Positions 55,017 to 64,000 of a DNA stretch of 64,000 nucleotides are shown here, one piece after another. The first letter of the stretch is position 1. Every line of letters begins with the position of its first letter. Location: the IMG/VR virus record IMGVR_UViG_3300042554_002914; one strand, 5' to 3'. The notes under the pieces are model-generated. The model was given only the letters and a program-made list of their open reading frames with translations. It had not been told where the DNA came from and ran no database searches. Source of the stretch: a virus (taxonomy: Duplodnaviria; Heunggongvirae; Uroviricota; Caudoviricetes). Both the position numbers and the translations under genes were made by a program.

Positions 55017-55316
55017 TCATATTAGGGATCTTAGCGGTATACCACAGGCCTTCAGCCAAAGGGTATCGCGGCCGATGCGATCGGCGATCACCTTAAGCTC
55101 AGAAATATCGCATGGTACCCCCATCCAGAATACTTCTGGATCCACACAGGCAGACCCGGCATGGAACCCCTGAGCCTTAATAAGAATGTGGCCATCATCA
55201 TCCATACCGTATTCTTGCCCATTGGCATCCGTCACAGTATTTCCCGCCAGCAAAACTCGAAGTAGGATTTCTATGGGTTCTTTGAGACTTGTGGGTTCTT
55301 TACCAGTTACAGTCAT
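55017..55316 (-). CDS. Hypothetical protein
   Basis: 99-aa ORF. Confidence 0.5.
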   Translation of the reverse strand: MTVTGKEPTSLKEPIEILLRVLLAGNTVTDANGQEYGMDDDGHILIKAQGFHAGSACVDPEVFWMGVPCDISELKVIADRIGRDTLWLKACGIPLRSLI

Positions 55317-55654
55317 ACTCCTAGCCCCACAACATCACGCAAGGTGCCGTCCGAATCGCGAAGAATCACATTGCCCCCTTGCCGACGGGTATCTATTGCT
55401 TTTTTGTAAAGGGCCATGGCGCGGCGGAAGATTTCACCACGGGAATGGCCTGTCTGTTCAACAAGGTCTTGCATGTCCTGGGCGAGGTCAAGTGGCATAA
55501 TTACATCGAAGCGGCGTGGCGGTGGTTGTCGATTCACTTCCTCACCCCATTCCGACATATACATTTCATTGAATTTTTTGGCCTTTACGTGATCTAATTT
55601 TATGGCGGTAAATAGCTGTTCGAGTTTTTGATTGAACTTCTCTTCTGTATTCAT
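55313..55654 (-). CDS. CopG/RHH-like DNA-binding protein
   Basis: RFDVIMP...MQDLVEQTGHSRGEIFRRAMALY. Confidence 0.65.
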   Translation of the reverse strand: MNTEEKFNQKLEQLFTAIKLDHVKAKKFNEMYMSEWGEEVNRQPPPRRFDVIMPLDLAQDMQDLVEQTGHSRGEIFRRAMALYKKAIDTRRQGGNVILRDSDGTLRDVVGLGV

Positions 55655-55992
55655 GGTAGGTTTCCGTAAGTCTGCAGGAGCTTGGTGGCAAAGTCCACCA
55701 CGATGTCCCGAATGTCGGTATCTTCAACAGAGGGAGAACAAGCGCCCCCGTAAGAATTTTCGTAGACTAAGTCCGTTGAAACAGCCAACGCAATGATTTG
55801 GTCTGTGGGGGAGTGGTGGGGGACGGTGACTGGTTGACGCATCGGTGGCATCTATTCCCCTAACTTCAGCAACAAACTCTAGGCAAGTTACTCTTTCAGG
55901 ACAGGTAAAGCAGTCGTTCTCTGCAATTTCCTGAAAAGATTTGGTTCGGCCCGGACTGTAACATTCTGGCTTTTTGGGGGCTTGAAATTCCA

Positions 55993-56475
55993 TCAAAATT
56001 CACCTCCGTCAATATCCTGTAGTCTAGCCATAATCTCCATGTAGAAAACATGGTACTTCGCCATTCGAGCAATATCCTTCTCGGTTACACCTTTGAGGCG
56101 GCGCACATCGGTGTTATGTCGGAGATCGCAGAGTTTCACCCTCATTGCATCCTCATTGGCAAAGACTCGGTGCTTGTATTCATCGTAGGTTTCCCCCGGA
56201 AGCTTAGTAAGGGCGCGGATGCCTTCGATTACCCGATGGGTGAATCCTTGCTCCCGGAGATCCGCATACGTCACCTTGGTATCTTCGATAATGTCGTGAC
56301 CAAGCGCAATGCACTGGAGGTCTTCGTCGTCTGATTTTAGGAAATACATTACCTTCAGCGGGTGAAGGATATAAGGCTTTCCACCTTTGTCATACTGTCC
56401 AGCGTGGGCATTGGTTGCCAGAACCAGCATCTTGTTTAGCTGTTCGCCTTTTTGCATTTTGCTCGGGGTTTGCAT
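55993..56475 (-). CDS. HD-domain small alarmone hydrolase-like protein (SpoT-HD/Mesh1)
   Basis: AHAGQ.DK.G.PYILHP, HDIIED, VKLCDL.HN. Confidence 0.85.
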   Translation of the reverse strand: MQTPSKMQKGEQLNKMLVLATNAHAGQYDKGGKPYILHPLKVMYFLKSDDEDLQCIALGHDIIEDTKVTYADLREQGFTHRVIEGIRALTKLPGETYDEYKHRVFANEDAMRVKLCDLRHNTDVRRLKGVTEKDIARMAKYHVFYMEIMARLQDIDGGEF

Positions 56476-56556
56476 TTTTATGGTTGGGTCTCAGTGTATT
56501 ATAGGGTGTTCCTGTCCGGGTGTATAGGGTGGTTTACCGGCCCTGGGCCATTCGGG

Positions 56557-56934
56557 TTAGTTAGCCTGGGTGGAAGACTTCTTATTGACCTGGTCCCTCA
56601 TAAGCATAATGCGGCCACACTCTTCATCGGTGAGTCCAATTTTGAGACTCTTCAGATCGTAGGTGGTCCGAATGTTTTTCAAGACTCGGCTCAATGCCCA
56701 GGCGAAATCAGCTTCGGAGTACTCTTGGGTTCGATGAGGGATCCATTCTTTGGTTCGTCTCCAGGGCCAAGTCCTACCTAGTTTGGTACAATCGTCCCTA
56801 TAGTGGCTCACATGCCGATAGTCCAGATGTTGATAGCCATCCTTGTCTTCGCCTAATAAAATTTCAATACACCCGTCAGGGTCCATGTCATCGAAGTCAG
56901 GGAGATGGGGTGGTTGGTTGAAGGGGGTTGTCAT
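56557..56934 (-). CDS. Hypothetical protein
   Basis: 125-aa ORF. Confidence 0.5.
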   Translation of the reverse strand: MTTPFNQPPHLPDFDDMDPDGCIEILLGEDKDGYQHLDYRHVSHYRDDCTKLGRTWPWRRTKEWIPHRTQEYSEADFAWALSRVLKNIRTTYDLKSLKIGLTDEECGRIMLMRDQVNKKSSTQAN

Positions 56935-57546
56935 TTACTTAAAGTGTGAATTTATAATAGGGTTGTTAGATCCGTTATCGAAATCATCTGTTGGCTCATG
57001 GAATTCGCTCATACCGGTAGTACTTAGGCAAATACCCTCAACCCACTTGTATGTAATGACTTCCTCAAGCTCTTCTAGGGAATCAACTTGTTCGACGCCA
57101 TAACGTTCGCAAACAATGTCAACGTTTCCCTTTCGGTGGAATCCTTCAGGGCAGCATACGATCAGCTTGTTGCCCCCATTGGCAGCGTAAATCCCAAGCT
57201 CCAATAACGAGATCGGACTCATGGTGCCTGGTGCCAAATACATAACGACCAGATTCGCCTGAGCCAGGGCATCAAGTTCCCATTCCACTTGTTCACGGAA
57301 CTGGGGATTATCAGCGCTTTGCACCCATGTTGGGTCCCAGTTGTCGCGGCGAGGATTGTAAATGTTAATGTCAAGATGTGCCAACTGATTTTCTACATCT
57401 GCCTGCCAGTCAGGGGCAGCACCCATTTCGATGGATCCAGCGAGGAAGACGCTGTAGCCCTGCCATTTTGGCGGGAGTGGTGCGGGGGGTTTGTATGTGG
57501 TTGCCATTTTTAGCTTAAGGGTAAATCTTGTGGAGCCATGAGACAT
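56935..57546 (-). CDS. Nucleoside 2-deoxyribosyltransferase-like protein
   Basis: VFLAGSI...WQ...NPRR...QVEWE...SPISLLELG...RKGNV. Confidence 0.85.
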   Translation of the reverse strand: MSHGSTRFTLKLKMATTYKPPAPLPPKWQGYSVFLAGSIEMGAAPDWQADVENQLAHLDINIYNPRRDNWDPTWVQSADNPQFREQVEWELDALAQANLVVMYLAPGTMSPISLLELGIYAANGGNKLIVCCPEGFHRKGNVDIVCERYGVEQVDSLEELEEVITYKWVEGICLSTTGMSEFHEPTDDFDNGSNNPIINSHFK

Positions 57547-57811
57547 TTAATTTAAGGGAGTTAGGGGAACTATCGCTGTCTACATAAACTTCGTACCCGT
57601 CGTTGGTAAGGTACTTGTAAACTATTTCCTTCGCGTTTTCGCCCAAGTAGGATAAAGGAATGGTGATGGAAAATTCATTTTCTTGGGCCGCTTCTCGAAT
57701 CTTAGTATAGTACTCTTCCAGCAGGCTGATGACGCTAGTTAAATCACTCTCTCTGAAAGAGATATCAAAGGCACTTTGGGCGGTGATTCGGTTTGGGATT
57801 TGTAGTTGCAT
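57515..57811 (-). CDS. Hypothetical protein
   Basis: 98-aa ORF. Confidence 0.55.
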   Translation of the reverse strand: MQLQIPNRITAQSAFDISFRESDLTSVISLLEEYYTKIREAAQENEFSITIPLSYLGENAKEIVYKYLTNDGYEVYVDSDSSPNSLKLNVSWLHKIYP

Positions 57812-57952
57812 TTTGGTTTTTGGATTTTGGTTTCGGATTTGTTCCCGGGGATCAGGATGTTAGAGTCATGCAGCTAGGCCATTAGGGATGAATTGTTGTA
57901 GCCCCCAATGGCAATATAGCCCCTTAAGCATTGTATAGGGCAAAAGCCAAAC

Positions 57953-58600
57953 CTACATCCCCTCGGCCGTGTTTACACTAAGGTCTACATTAGGGACAGC
58001 ACCATGGACAGCACCACTAGGGACATTAGCAGCTATCGACACAGCAAATGGCCTCGGGACATTAACACGCGGGGCAATACGTTCCCCAGTAACTGCAGCT
58101 TGTTGTGGTGCGGATGGGGTCATTGCCACGGTCGTAGGAATCGATGGCAATTGGGTGGGGGGTTGATATGGCTGATATGGTTGATATGGCTGATACGACC
58201 CCGATGTTGGCGCAGCCTGGGAACCAATCGTATGCTGAGCATGTAGGGGATTAAATTCAGGTAGCGGGGCCGGAGTTGAACCCGGCGGGGAAATACTGAT
58301 GATTAGTTCATTTAGACAATCCGAGTATGGGGGCATTGCTCCCGTCGCTATGATGCGTTGGTTTAGGTTCTCCCGGCGGTTGTTAACCCAATCAGCAACT
58401 AAAGCCGAAATCCGATCAGCCCAAAACTGTGCCTCTTCCTTGCCATTATCCTCGTCAATGAATGCCGCATAGATGGCCCCCCATAGGGAATCTGATCGTC
58501 TACGTTCCCTTTCTAGTTCCCCCATTAGGAATGCAACTTGTTCTTCTAGTTGGGAAATTCGGTCCTTGCTGTTTGGTTCGATTGATGGGGGTTCAGTCAT
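57953..58600 (-). CDS. Hypothetical protein with Pro/Gln-rich tail
   Basis: (YQP)x4 repeat. Confidence 0.55.
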   Translation of the reverse strand: MTEPPSIEPNSKDRISQLEEQVAFLMGELERERRRSDSLWGAIYAAFIDEDNGKEEAQFWADRISALVADWVNNRRENLNQRIIATGAMPPYSDCLNELIISISPPGSTPAPLPEFNPLHAQHTIGSQAAPTSGSYQPYQPYQPYQPPTQLPSIPTTVAMTPSAPQQAAVTGERIAPRVNVPRPFAVSIAANVPSGAVHGAVPNVDLSVNTAEGM

Positions 58601-58663
58601 TTTGGGTTGGTGGTTGGTGGTTGGTGGAGTGGTGGTTGGGCCATTGATGGTTATAGACAGTAA

Positions 58664-59533
58664 CTATCGTGTTGTTTCGCCGTAGTCATCGCCGTAGTCG
58701 TCGGTGGCATGATATAACTCGGTGGTAGCATGGGACCAACTTAACTGATCATGGGACCCATTGGCATCATCTAAAAGGCTACAAAATACAATTTGCCGCC
58801 ATCTTGATACTAGCATATCTGCGTATTGCTGTCGGGTAGGGGGGTTAGATTGGGGGTCGTTATTTTCGTACAGACCCAATGCCCAGGCATCGTTAAGCTC
58901 GACTAGGCAATACCTGCCTAAATCACACCTCCATCCGATGTCCACCGTATATGCCCCTGGGGCACCATTGCCTTCCAATTCTTTCATTATGGCTTCGACC
59001 AACCCGAAGTCGGGTTCAGGGCATTGCATGTTTGAATCATCGTATCGAGACCAACCCTGGACTTTACCACCACCTACGAAGTCTTGAACATAGAAGCGAA
59101 ACTCAGCCCCAAATGGTACGGCTTCAGAAATCCAAACTGGGGTGTCATTCGGTATGGAATCCGATGTCCCCATATCAAGGTGCCCCTTCACATTTCCAGT
59201 AAATGACTTTATCTCAATGGGTTTGATGAAATCGGTTAGGGTCGCCTCACCATAGGTGCCCCTTCGAATAGTTCTCATTAGGAATTTGTCCAGATCACCA
59301 TCGCAAATCCCATAGGAAAAATCATCAGGTAGCCGGATACCGACGTGGTCACCATATGCCTTGACAAACTCAACTGAGCCAACTGGGATATATCGGATTT
59401 TTGCTTCTTGGGGGTCTAACTTTGTTAGTTCCGCCAATGAGCAATACCTGATAGGGTAACATGAAAAGCTGCAGGCTATTTTTTCTGTCGGTAGTGGCCC
59501 ACCGGCTTGGAGTAGGAATGTTGGGTTTTTCAT
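58664..59533 (-). CDS. ATP-grasp domain protein (DUF4343/R2K-like)
   Basis: PVGSVEF, FIKP..IKSFTG, EFRFYV, YTVDIG, LVELNDAWALG. Confidence 0.75.
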   Translation of the reverse strand: MKNPTFLLQAGGPLPTEKIACSFSCYPIRYCSLAELTKLDPQEAKIRYIPVGSVEFVKAYGDHVGIRLPDDFSYGICDGDLDKFLMRTIRRGTYGEATLTDFIKPIEIKSFTGNVKGHLDMGTSDSIPNDTPVWISEAVPFGAEFRFYVQDFVGGGKVQGWSRYDDSNMQCPEPDFGLVEAIMKELEGNGAPGAYTVDIGWRCDLGRYCLVELNDAWALGLYENNDPQSNPPTRQQYADMLVSRWRQIVFCSLLDDANGSHDQLSWSHATTELYHATDDYGDDYGETTR

Positions 59534-59559
59534 TGCGGTTTGGGGCTGGTTATAAGGTT

Positions 59560-59588
59560 ATTCTAGCAGGGTTAGTCCCGGTTGTCAA
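59560..59588 (-). promoter_or_regulatory. Sigma70-type promoter
   Basis: TTGACA-N17-TAGAAT with extended TG. Confidence 0.7.
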
Positions 59589-60443
59589 TGCTGACGGGGT
59601 CACATCGGAAATAAAATTGTGAGGCCAAGAAACTCTTAGTGTACACATGGTATCACCTTTTTTTTACAGTTTTTTCTGAGACTTCGAAACCAAACTCTTT
59701 AAGTAGTTTCAAAGCAGTAGTCATAGATGGTTTTCTTATGGATGGGTCTCTTTTGTCCACAACACAGTAGATAGTAATTTCTACGGAACTGTCATGCCTG
59801 TGGTGGGCTTCTTTAACCAGGGTCCCAATATGTGAAAGAATTGAGCCCATCTCTTTCAAGCCCGCCAAAGACCAATACCCAATACTTCCAAGTTCTCTAT
59901 AAGGGTCGATGTAGTTTGATGTGATTGCCATGTTGTTTATAGGGATGTTGAGGCCATAGGGTGGATAATACGAACATTATGCTTCGGGGTATGCCAACTC
60001 GTTATCATCGGAAACTAAAGACAACCAAATCGGCTTCACTTCACTAAAGAGGCTATTACTGGCTTCGATATTGCCTTCCAATAGCGACAAATACGAATCC
60101 ATTACCTTCTGGGAATACGCCTGCATTTTTTCTGCGTGATTCATGGGTGGGAGAGTATACTTAGCTGTAAGGAAGTTAAAAGTAATGACTTATGGGGTCA
60201 ATCGTCACTAAAGATTGCAAAATCATACTGCTCTTTGCCATCGATATGCGCCATAAGCAAATCAATTACTGCTTGTAGGGACTCAGGGTTGGCATATGGC
60301 CCCGATGATCCGGGGGTTGCATTGTACGCATCAACTAAGTCCCTACCAAGTTCGGTCAGGGGGCGAGTTTGTTTTGCTTTGAAGTGTGTCATTTTGCTAG
60401 TTGCTGTCGGTCATGTGTCATTTTGCCATTTGCGATATACTAA

Positions 60444-60490
60444 TTGCTAGTTGCCATTTGCCAGTTGCCAGTTGCCAGTTGCCAGTTGCC
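60444..60490. repeat. Heptamer tandem repeat (TTGCCAG)
   Basis: 4 perfect copies plus degenerate flanks, intergenic. Confidence 0.8.
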
Positions 60491-60511
60491 CAATAACGAA
60501 TTACCCGCACG

Positions 60512-61075
60512 TCAAGCATTGGCCCTCAGCATGTTGCAAAAAATACGGCCCTGTTCAATGGCATCATCAAGGGCTATATGGGTATGCTTAGACTTTGGGG
60601 GGAACCACGCCTTTGGATAATTACGTTTTGTTGATTGCCGGTACGGTCTCTTCAAGAGAGCCATAGCATATGTCTTGCCATCTAGGGCAGAGAAGCTAAA
60701 TGGGGATTCCCCTGCGAATTTAATCATATACCAATACACGAACATAAAGTCAAAGCCTGCAGGAAACGCAACAAATACCGGTTTGCCAGTACCTGAAAGT
60801 TCCTTTACCCACTTAATATAAGCAACTAAGGCATCAGCTGGGTCCTGCACATTTTCCCGGCACGCCGCCCAAGCCCCAGGTTGAGACTTCCACCATTCGG
60901 CAGTTTTGGGATCTGGTTTTGCCTCCGGCAATGTTTTTAAGTTAGCACTGAATGTCCCCAACAAAACACCATCCGAACTAAAAGCAGCTGACCCCAAAGA
61001 TAACATACTGTGTGGGCCCGGGATTGGCCCGTCAGTTTCTATGTCAGTTGAGAAGTAGATTTCGTGGTTTGTCAT
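60512..61075 (-). CDS. DEDDh 3'-5' exonuclease
   Basis: [21 protein letters not shown]. Confidence 0.85.
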   Translation of the reverse strand: MTNHEIYFSTDIETDGPIPGPHSMLSLGSAAFSSDGVLLGTFSANLKTLPEAKPDPKTAEWWKSQPGAWAACRENVQDPADALVAYIKWVKELSGTGKPVFVAFPAGFDFMFVYWYMIKFAGESPFSFSALDGKTYAMALLKRPYRQSTKRNYPKAWFPPKSKHTHIALDDAIEQGRIFCNMLRANA

Positions 61076-61135
61076 GGGTCGAGTCAGGTGTTTACCGTGG
61101 GTGATATAGATGGTGTAGATAACCCCAAATAGCAA

Positions 61136-61447
61136 TTAGCGAGGCAAAATAAGGCGGGACTCTGGTTCGTCTTCGACTCGGATAGCCTCCTTGACGGTTA
61201 GATCATTGGTCCCCTCAATCCGAGTGAATGATAAGGCATAGTTTCCTTCTTCAGCTTGGGATGCCAGCGAATAAAGACCGAGGGAGCGCATGAATAGTTC
61301 GTCTTGGGTTAGCCCCTCTCGTTCTGACAGCGAATTAAAAGCTTCGGCAAAGTTGGTTGGTAAATTGATTGTGACTTCGGTATGTTGTGGTTGCTGTGGT
61401 TGCTTTGAGTTTTCTGCCGAATAGTCAGGTGGTTCTACAGTTGTCAT
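61136..61447 (-). CDS. RHH-like DNA-binding protein
   Basis: VTINLP...LSEREGLTQDELFMRSLGLY; resembles 55313 ORF. Confidence 0.5.
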   Translation of the reverse strand: MTTVEPPDYSAENSKQPQQPQHTEVTINLPTNFAEAFNSLSEREGLTQDELFMRSLGLYSLASQAEEGNYALSFTRIEGTNDLTVKEAIRVEDEPESRLILPR

Positions 61448-61588
61448 TTGCTATTTGCGATTTGCGAATGGGTGTTGTTGTTGCCTAGGGTTGTTGTTGC
61501 GATGCGTTAAGGACTTTTTCGTTGGCCCTATCAATGTAACTAAGCGTGATTGCCGTTAGCATAGGGTCAAGTTTCGGCGTGCGACCAC

Positions 61589-62005
61589 TCATTTCAGGCA
61601 CGCAATGTCACGAAACGTTTTAGGTCCTGCTTTGGTATCCCCGGCGTTGGCTATTGCTTCGGTCTTAGTTACCGCTGACTCCACGGCTTTTGAGATTGAC
61701 TGCGTTATAATGGTGGTTAGTTCTGCGTGGGTCAAAGATGTCGAGTCGGAAAATTTGATGGTAGGTTCGATAACAACCGGTGCGGCAACAACCGGTGCGG
61801 CAACAACTTGTTGGACAGATGCAGCCTTCATTGCGCGGATAGCATCGAGAGCAGTATTATGATCGGTGGCACCTAAGCACTCCAAAAGTTCATCATAGTT
61901 CGTCTGAATCTCCTCAGCCTCATCCCACATATCGCGAACCCGCCCCATTAAGTCAAAGTTTGCATTCTCAATACCCTGAAGAATCGAATCAAAATTAACG
62001 GTCAT
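61589..62005 (-). CDS. Hypothetical protein
   Basis: Probable start MTVNFDS after an A-run. Confidence 0.55.
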   Translation of the reverse strand: MTVNFDSILQGIENANFDLMGRVRDMWDEAEEIQTNYDELLECLGATDHNTALDAIRAMKAASVQQVVAAPVVAAPVVIEPTIKFSDSTSLTHAELTTIITQSISKAVESAVTKTEAIANAGDTKAGPKTFRDIACLK

Positions 62006-62069
62006 TTTTTTTTTTTTGAGAAAGTTATTGTCGTTACCATTACCATTGTAACTACTCCCCCCTACAAAG

Positions 62070-62624
62070 TCAAGGTTCGGTTTCCACCCGGCAAACAATC
62101 AGTCGCTTGCCCCTAACTACGATGATAGATGCCCGATCTGATTTTACCAGGTCCCTAAACCATTCTTTGACCCTTACTGTTGGTAGCTGATGAGTTTTCG
62201 CGAATGTGGTTGCATTTACCCGGTGCGGTAACCCGAAGATACCTTCAAACATAGCAGGCAAACCTTTTGCGTTGACTCTAAATAGATATTCAGGTTGCTG
62301 TATGCCTAGCACAGAGTTGTAATATCGGATGGTGCCTGGTTTTAGGTTAGGGTTCTTTAAACCTAGTCTAGCCCGGATGAGTTCAGGATATGTCGCCACT
62401 TTGGTTCTGCGGGGGCCTGGCCTAAACATTCCTCCACCACGATGGAACCTAACCACATATTCATTTTCAACCAACCAATTTAATGCACAGGGCGTATACC
62501 CATTGAATTTACCAATTTGATTGGCATTCAGGGTGGAGTCTGCCAATGGTGATCTAACCCATTCGAGTAATAGCGCTAGGGGGGCTAAGGGGGCCTCTGT
62601 TATTTTCGGGCCGTCCTGCCCCAT
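62070..62624 (-). CDS. Hypothetical protein
   Basis: 184-aa ORF. Confidence 0.55.
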   Translation of the reverse strand: MGQDGPKITEAPLAPLALLLEWVRSPLADSTLNANQIGKFNGYTPCALNWLVENEYVVRFHRGGGMFRPGPRRTKVATYPELIRARLGLKNPNLKPGTIRYYNSVLGIQQPEYLFRVNAKGLPAMFEGIFGLPHRVNATTFAKTHQLPTVRVKEWFRDLVKSDRASIIVVRGKRLIVCRVETEP

Positions 62625-62763
62625 GCTGCTTGTTTGCCGTGCAATTAGGGTTTACCCCCTTTGCCTTTGGTGTTGCCGCCGGGATTAAGCACCGCCGGTT
62701 AAGCTTCTTACTAAGAATCAGTTACAAGCCTTTCGAAGCAGACTTTATAGCTGTCAGGTTTAA

Positions 62764-63477
62764 TTACCTTGGGGGGGCACTGACCGCATCCACCGCAGCA
62801 ACAAAGTTGGCTATAGACTCTTTGCAATACTCAGTTACCCTGCCGATATCGCAACACCCATCGATCGTTACATGTGGATACTCCTTAATAAAAGGTAACT
62901 TACTTGCATTGTCGTAACCTTCAATAACCCTATCCATAAATGGTCTCCCTTGGGACTCGAACCGATCTTTGACATCGGATTTCCTACCATGTTCTTGTCT
63001 CAATTGCTTATTCCTCCTTTCCACCCTCAATGCAGCTTCATCGGCAGGGACATCAAAGTAAATCTCAAAGTCCGGATAAAACAAACCGCACGCAAGTTCA
63101 TGTGCTTGCTTAACGGCTTGCCACCCTAAGGCTCTACCCCACCCTTGGTATGCCATGGTGCTGGTATAGAATCGGTCGCATAATACCCAGTTACCTCTTT
63201 CAAGTTCGGGCTTAATTACAGTCTCCACATGTTGGGCTCTATCAGCCATCATCAATAGGAGTTCGGCCCTTGGGGTTAATGCGGTGGCAGGATCCTTTAG
63301 CAAAGCCCTAATAGCAGGCAAACAACCCGGCGCATGAGTCTCTACAACCTGTGCCCCCTCTGGCAATAAACCACTTGACCATAGCCAATCAGCGATAGTT
63401 GCTAGTTGAGTTGTCTTTCCGCACCCGTCTATACCTTCGAAGGTTATGAATTTGCCTTTCTTTGCTTTAGTTTTCAT
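62764..63477 (-). CDS. tmk: Thymidylate kinase
   Basis: FITFEGIDGCGKTT, ADRAQH, LCDRF..ST.AYQG. Confidence 0.93.
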   Translation of the reverse strand: MKTKAKKGKFITFEGIDGCGKTTQLATIADWLWSSGLLPEGAQVVETHAPGCLPAIRALLKDPATALTPRAELLLMMADRAQHVETVIKPELERGNWVLCDRFYTSTMAYQGWGRALGWQAVKQAHELACGLFYPDFEIYFDVPADEAALRVERRNKQLRQEHGRKSDVKDRFESQGRPFMDRVIEGYDNASKLPFIKEYPHVTIDGCCDIGRVTEYCKESIANFVAAVDAVSAPPR

Positions 63478-64000
63478 TTTTGTCTCCGTATAGGTTAAAT
63501 AGTTGTTCTGCTAGCATTAAAAACCTTTCGCTATCTTGTAGCCCATCAATGAATTTTCGGGGTATGCCAGAAAGACCATAATACGCTCCGGCAATTTGAC
63601 CCGCTACAGCACCTACGCTATCGGTGTCGCCGCCTAGATTGACTGCAGTTAATACACATTCTTTGAAGGTCTCAGTATTGAAGAAACAATACATGGCCGC
63701 ACATAGGGTGTCCGTTGAAAATCCGCTTATGTTATGCCACTGACTTTCATCGGATGTTGCCGCACTTGACAATTTATATAGTGTATCGCTACACATAAAG
63801 GGGTCACGGGGGTCATCTTCGGTGCGCCCAGGTAGGGGAAAGTCACCTTCAACATGGTCCCCAGTAATATAAGCCCTTAGCATGATGCCCAAGAGATTGG
63901 CACAAGTTAGTGCCGAGTTATGTCCGTGGGTTGTTAAGCTCGATAGTCTAGCAATTTCTTGAACCTTGTCGGTGTCCCTATGGTAAGCTATAGCAACCGG
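63467..64000 (-). CDS. ADP-ribosylglycohydrolase, 5' part outside window
   Basis: THGH, AVNLGGDTDSVGAVAGQIAGAYYG. Confidence 0.88.
   Translation of the reverse strand, partial: PVAIAYHRDTDKVQEIARLSSLTTHGHNSALTCANLLGIMLRAYITGDHVEGDFPLPGRTEDDPRDPFMCSDTLYKLSSAATSDESQWHNISGFSTDTLCAAMYCFFNTETFKECVLTAVNLGGDTDSVGAVAGQIAGAYYGLSGIPRKFIDGLQDSERFLMLAEQLFNLYGDKNEN

Noticed and set aside
45591-62018. Long homopolymers (T runs near 45591 and 62005, G run near 48768) as phase-variation switches
   Set aside because: Intergenic or frame-neutral, and could be sequencing artefacts
1-64000. Alternative genetic code
   Set aside because: Long genes are intact under the standard code and all three stops are used; the MCP fragmentation is explained by introns
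1-64000. tRNA, rRNA, terminase, tape measure or integrase genes
   Set aside because: None recognised by eye; tRNAscan and HMM searches would be needed to exclude them

Overview
A 64-kb slice of a large contractile-tailed dsDNA phage, most likely a cyanophage (cyanobacterial-type TyrRS, DUF1517/FLAP1, GyrA-like subunit). All credible genes are on the minus strand. 1-22.4 kb is a virion module with Mu-like head genes plus sheath, tube and baseplate genes. 22.6-33 kb is a replication block with a mitochondrial Pol-gamma-like DNA polymerase. 33-64 kb is an accessory region of small paralogous ORFs and host-takeover or counter-defence genes. The main discovery is missed by the ORF track: the major capsid protein gene (9530->4762) is split into 10 exons by nine group I introns. 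Joining exons at junctions read from P1/IGS pairing gives one 1056-nt frame (351 aa). The array includes a 5-nt micro-exon, an intron apparently ending in A instead of omega-G, two HNH endonucleases overlapping the ribozyme core with an intron-internal promoter, and peripheral domains shuffled combinatorially among introns. All calls come from reading the sequence by eye; no searches were run.
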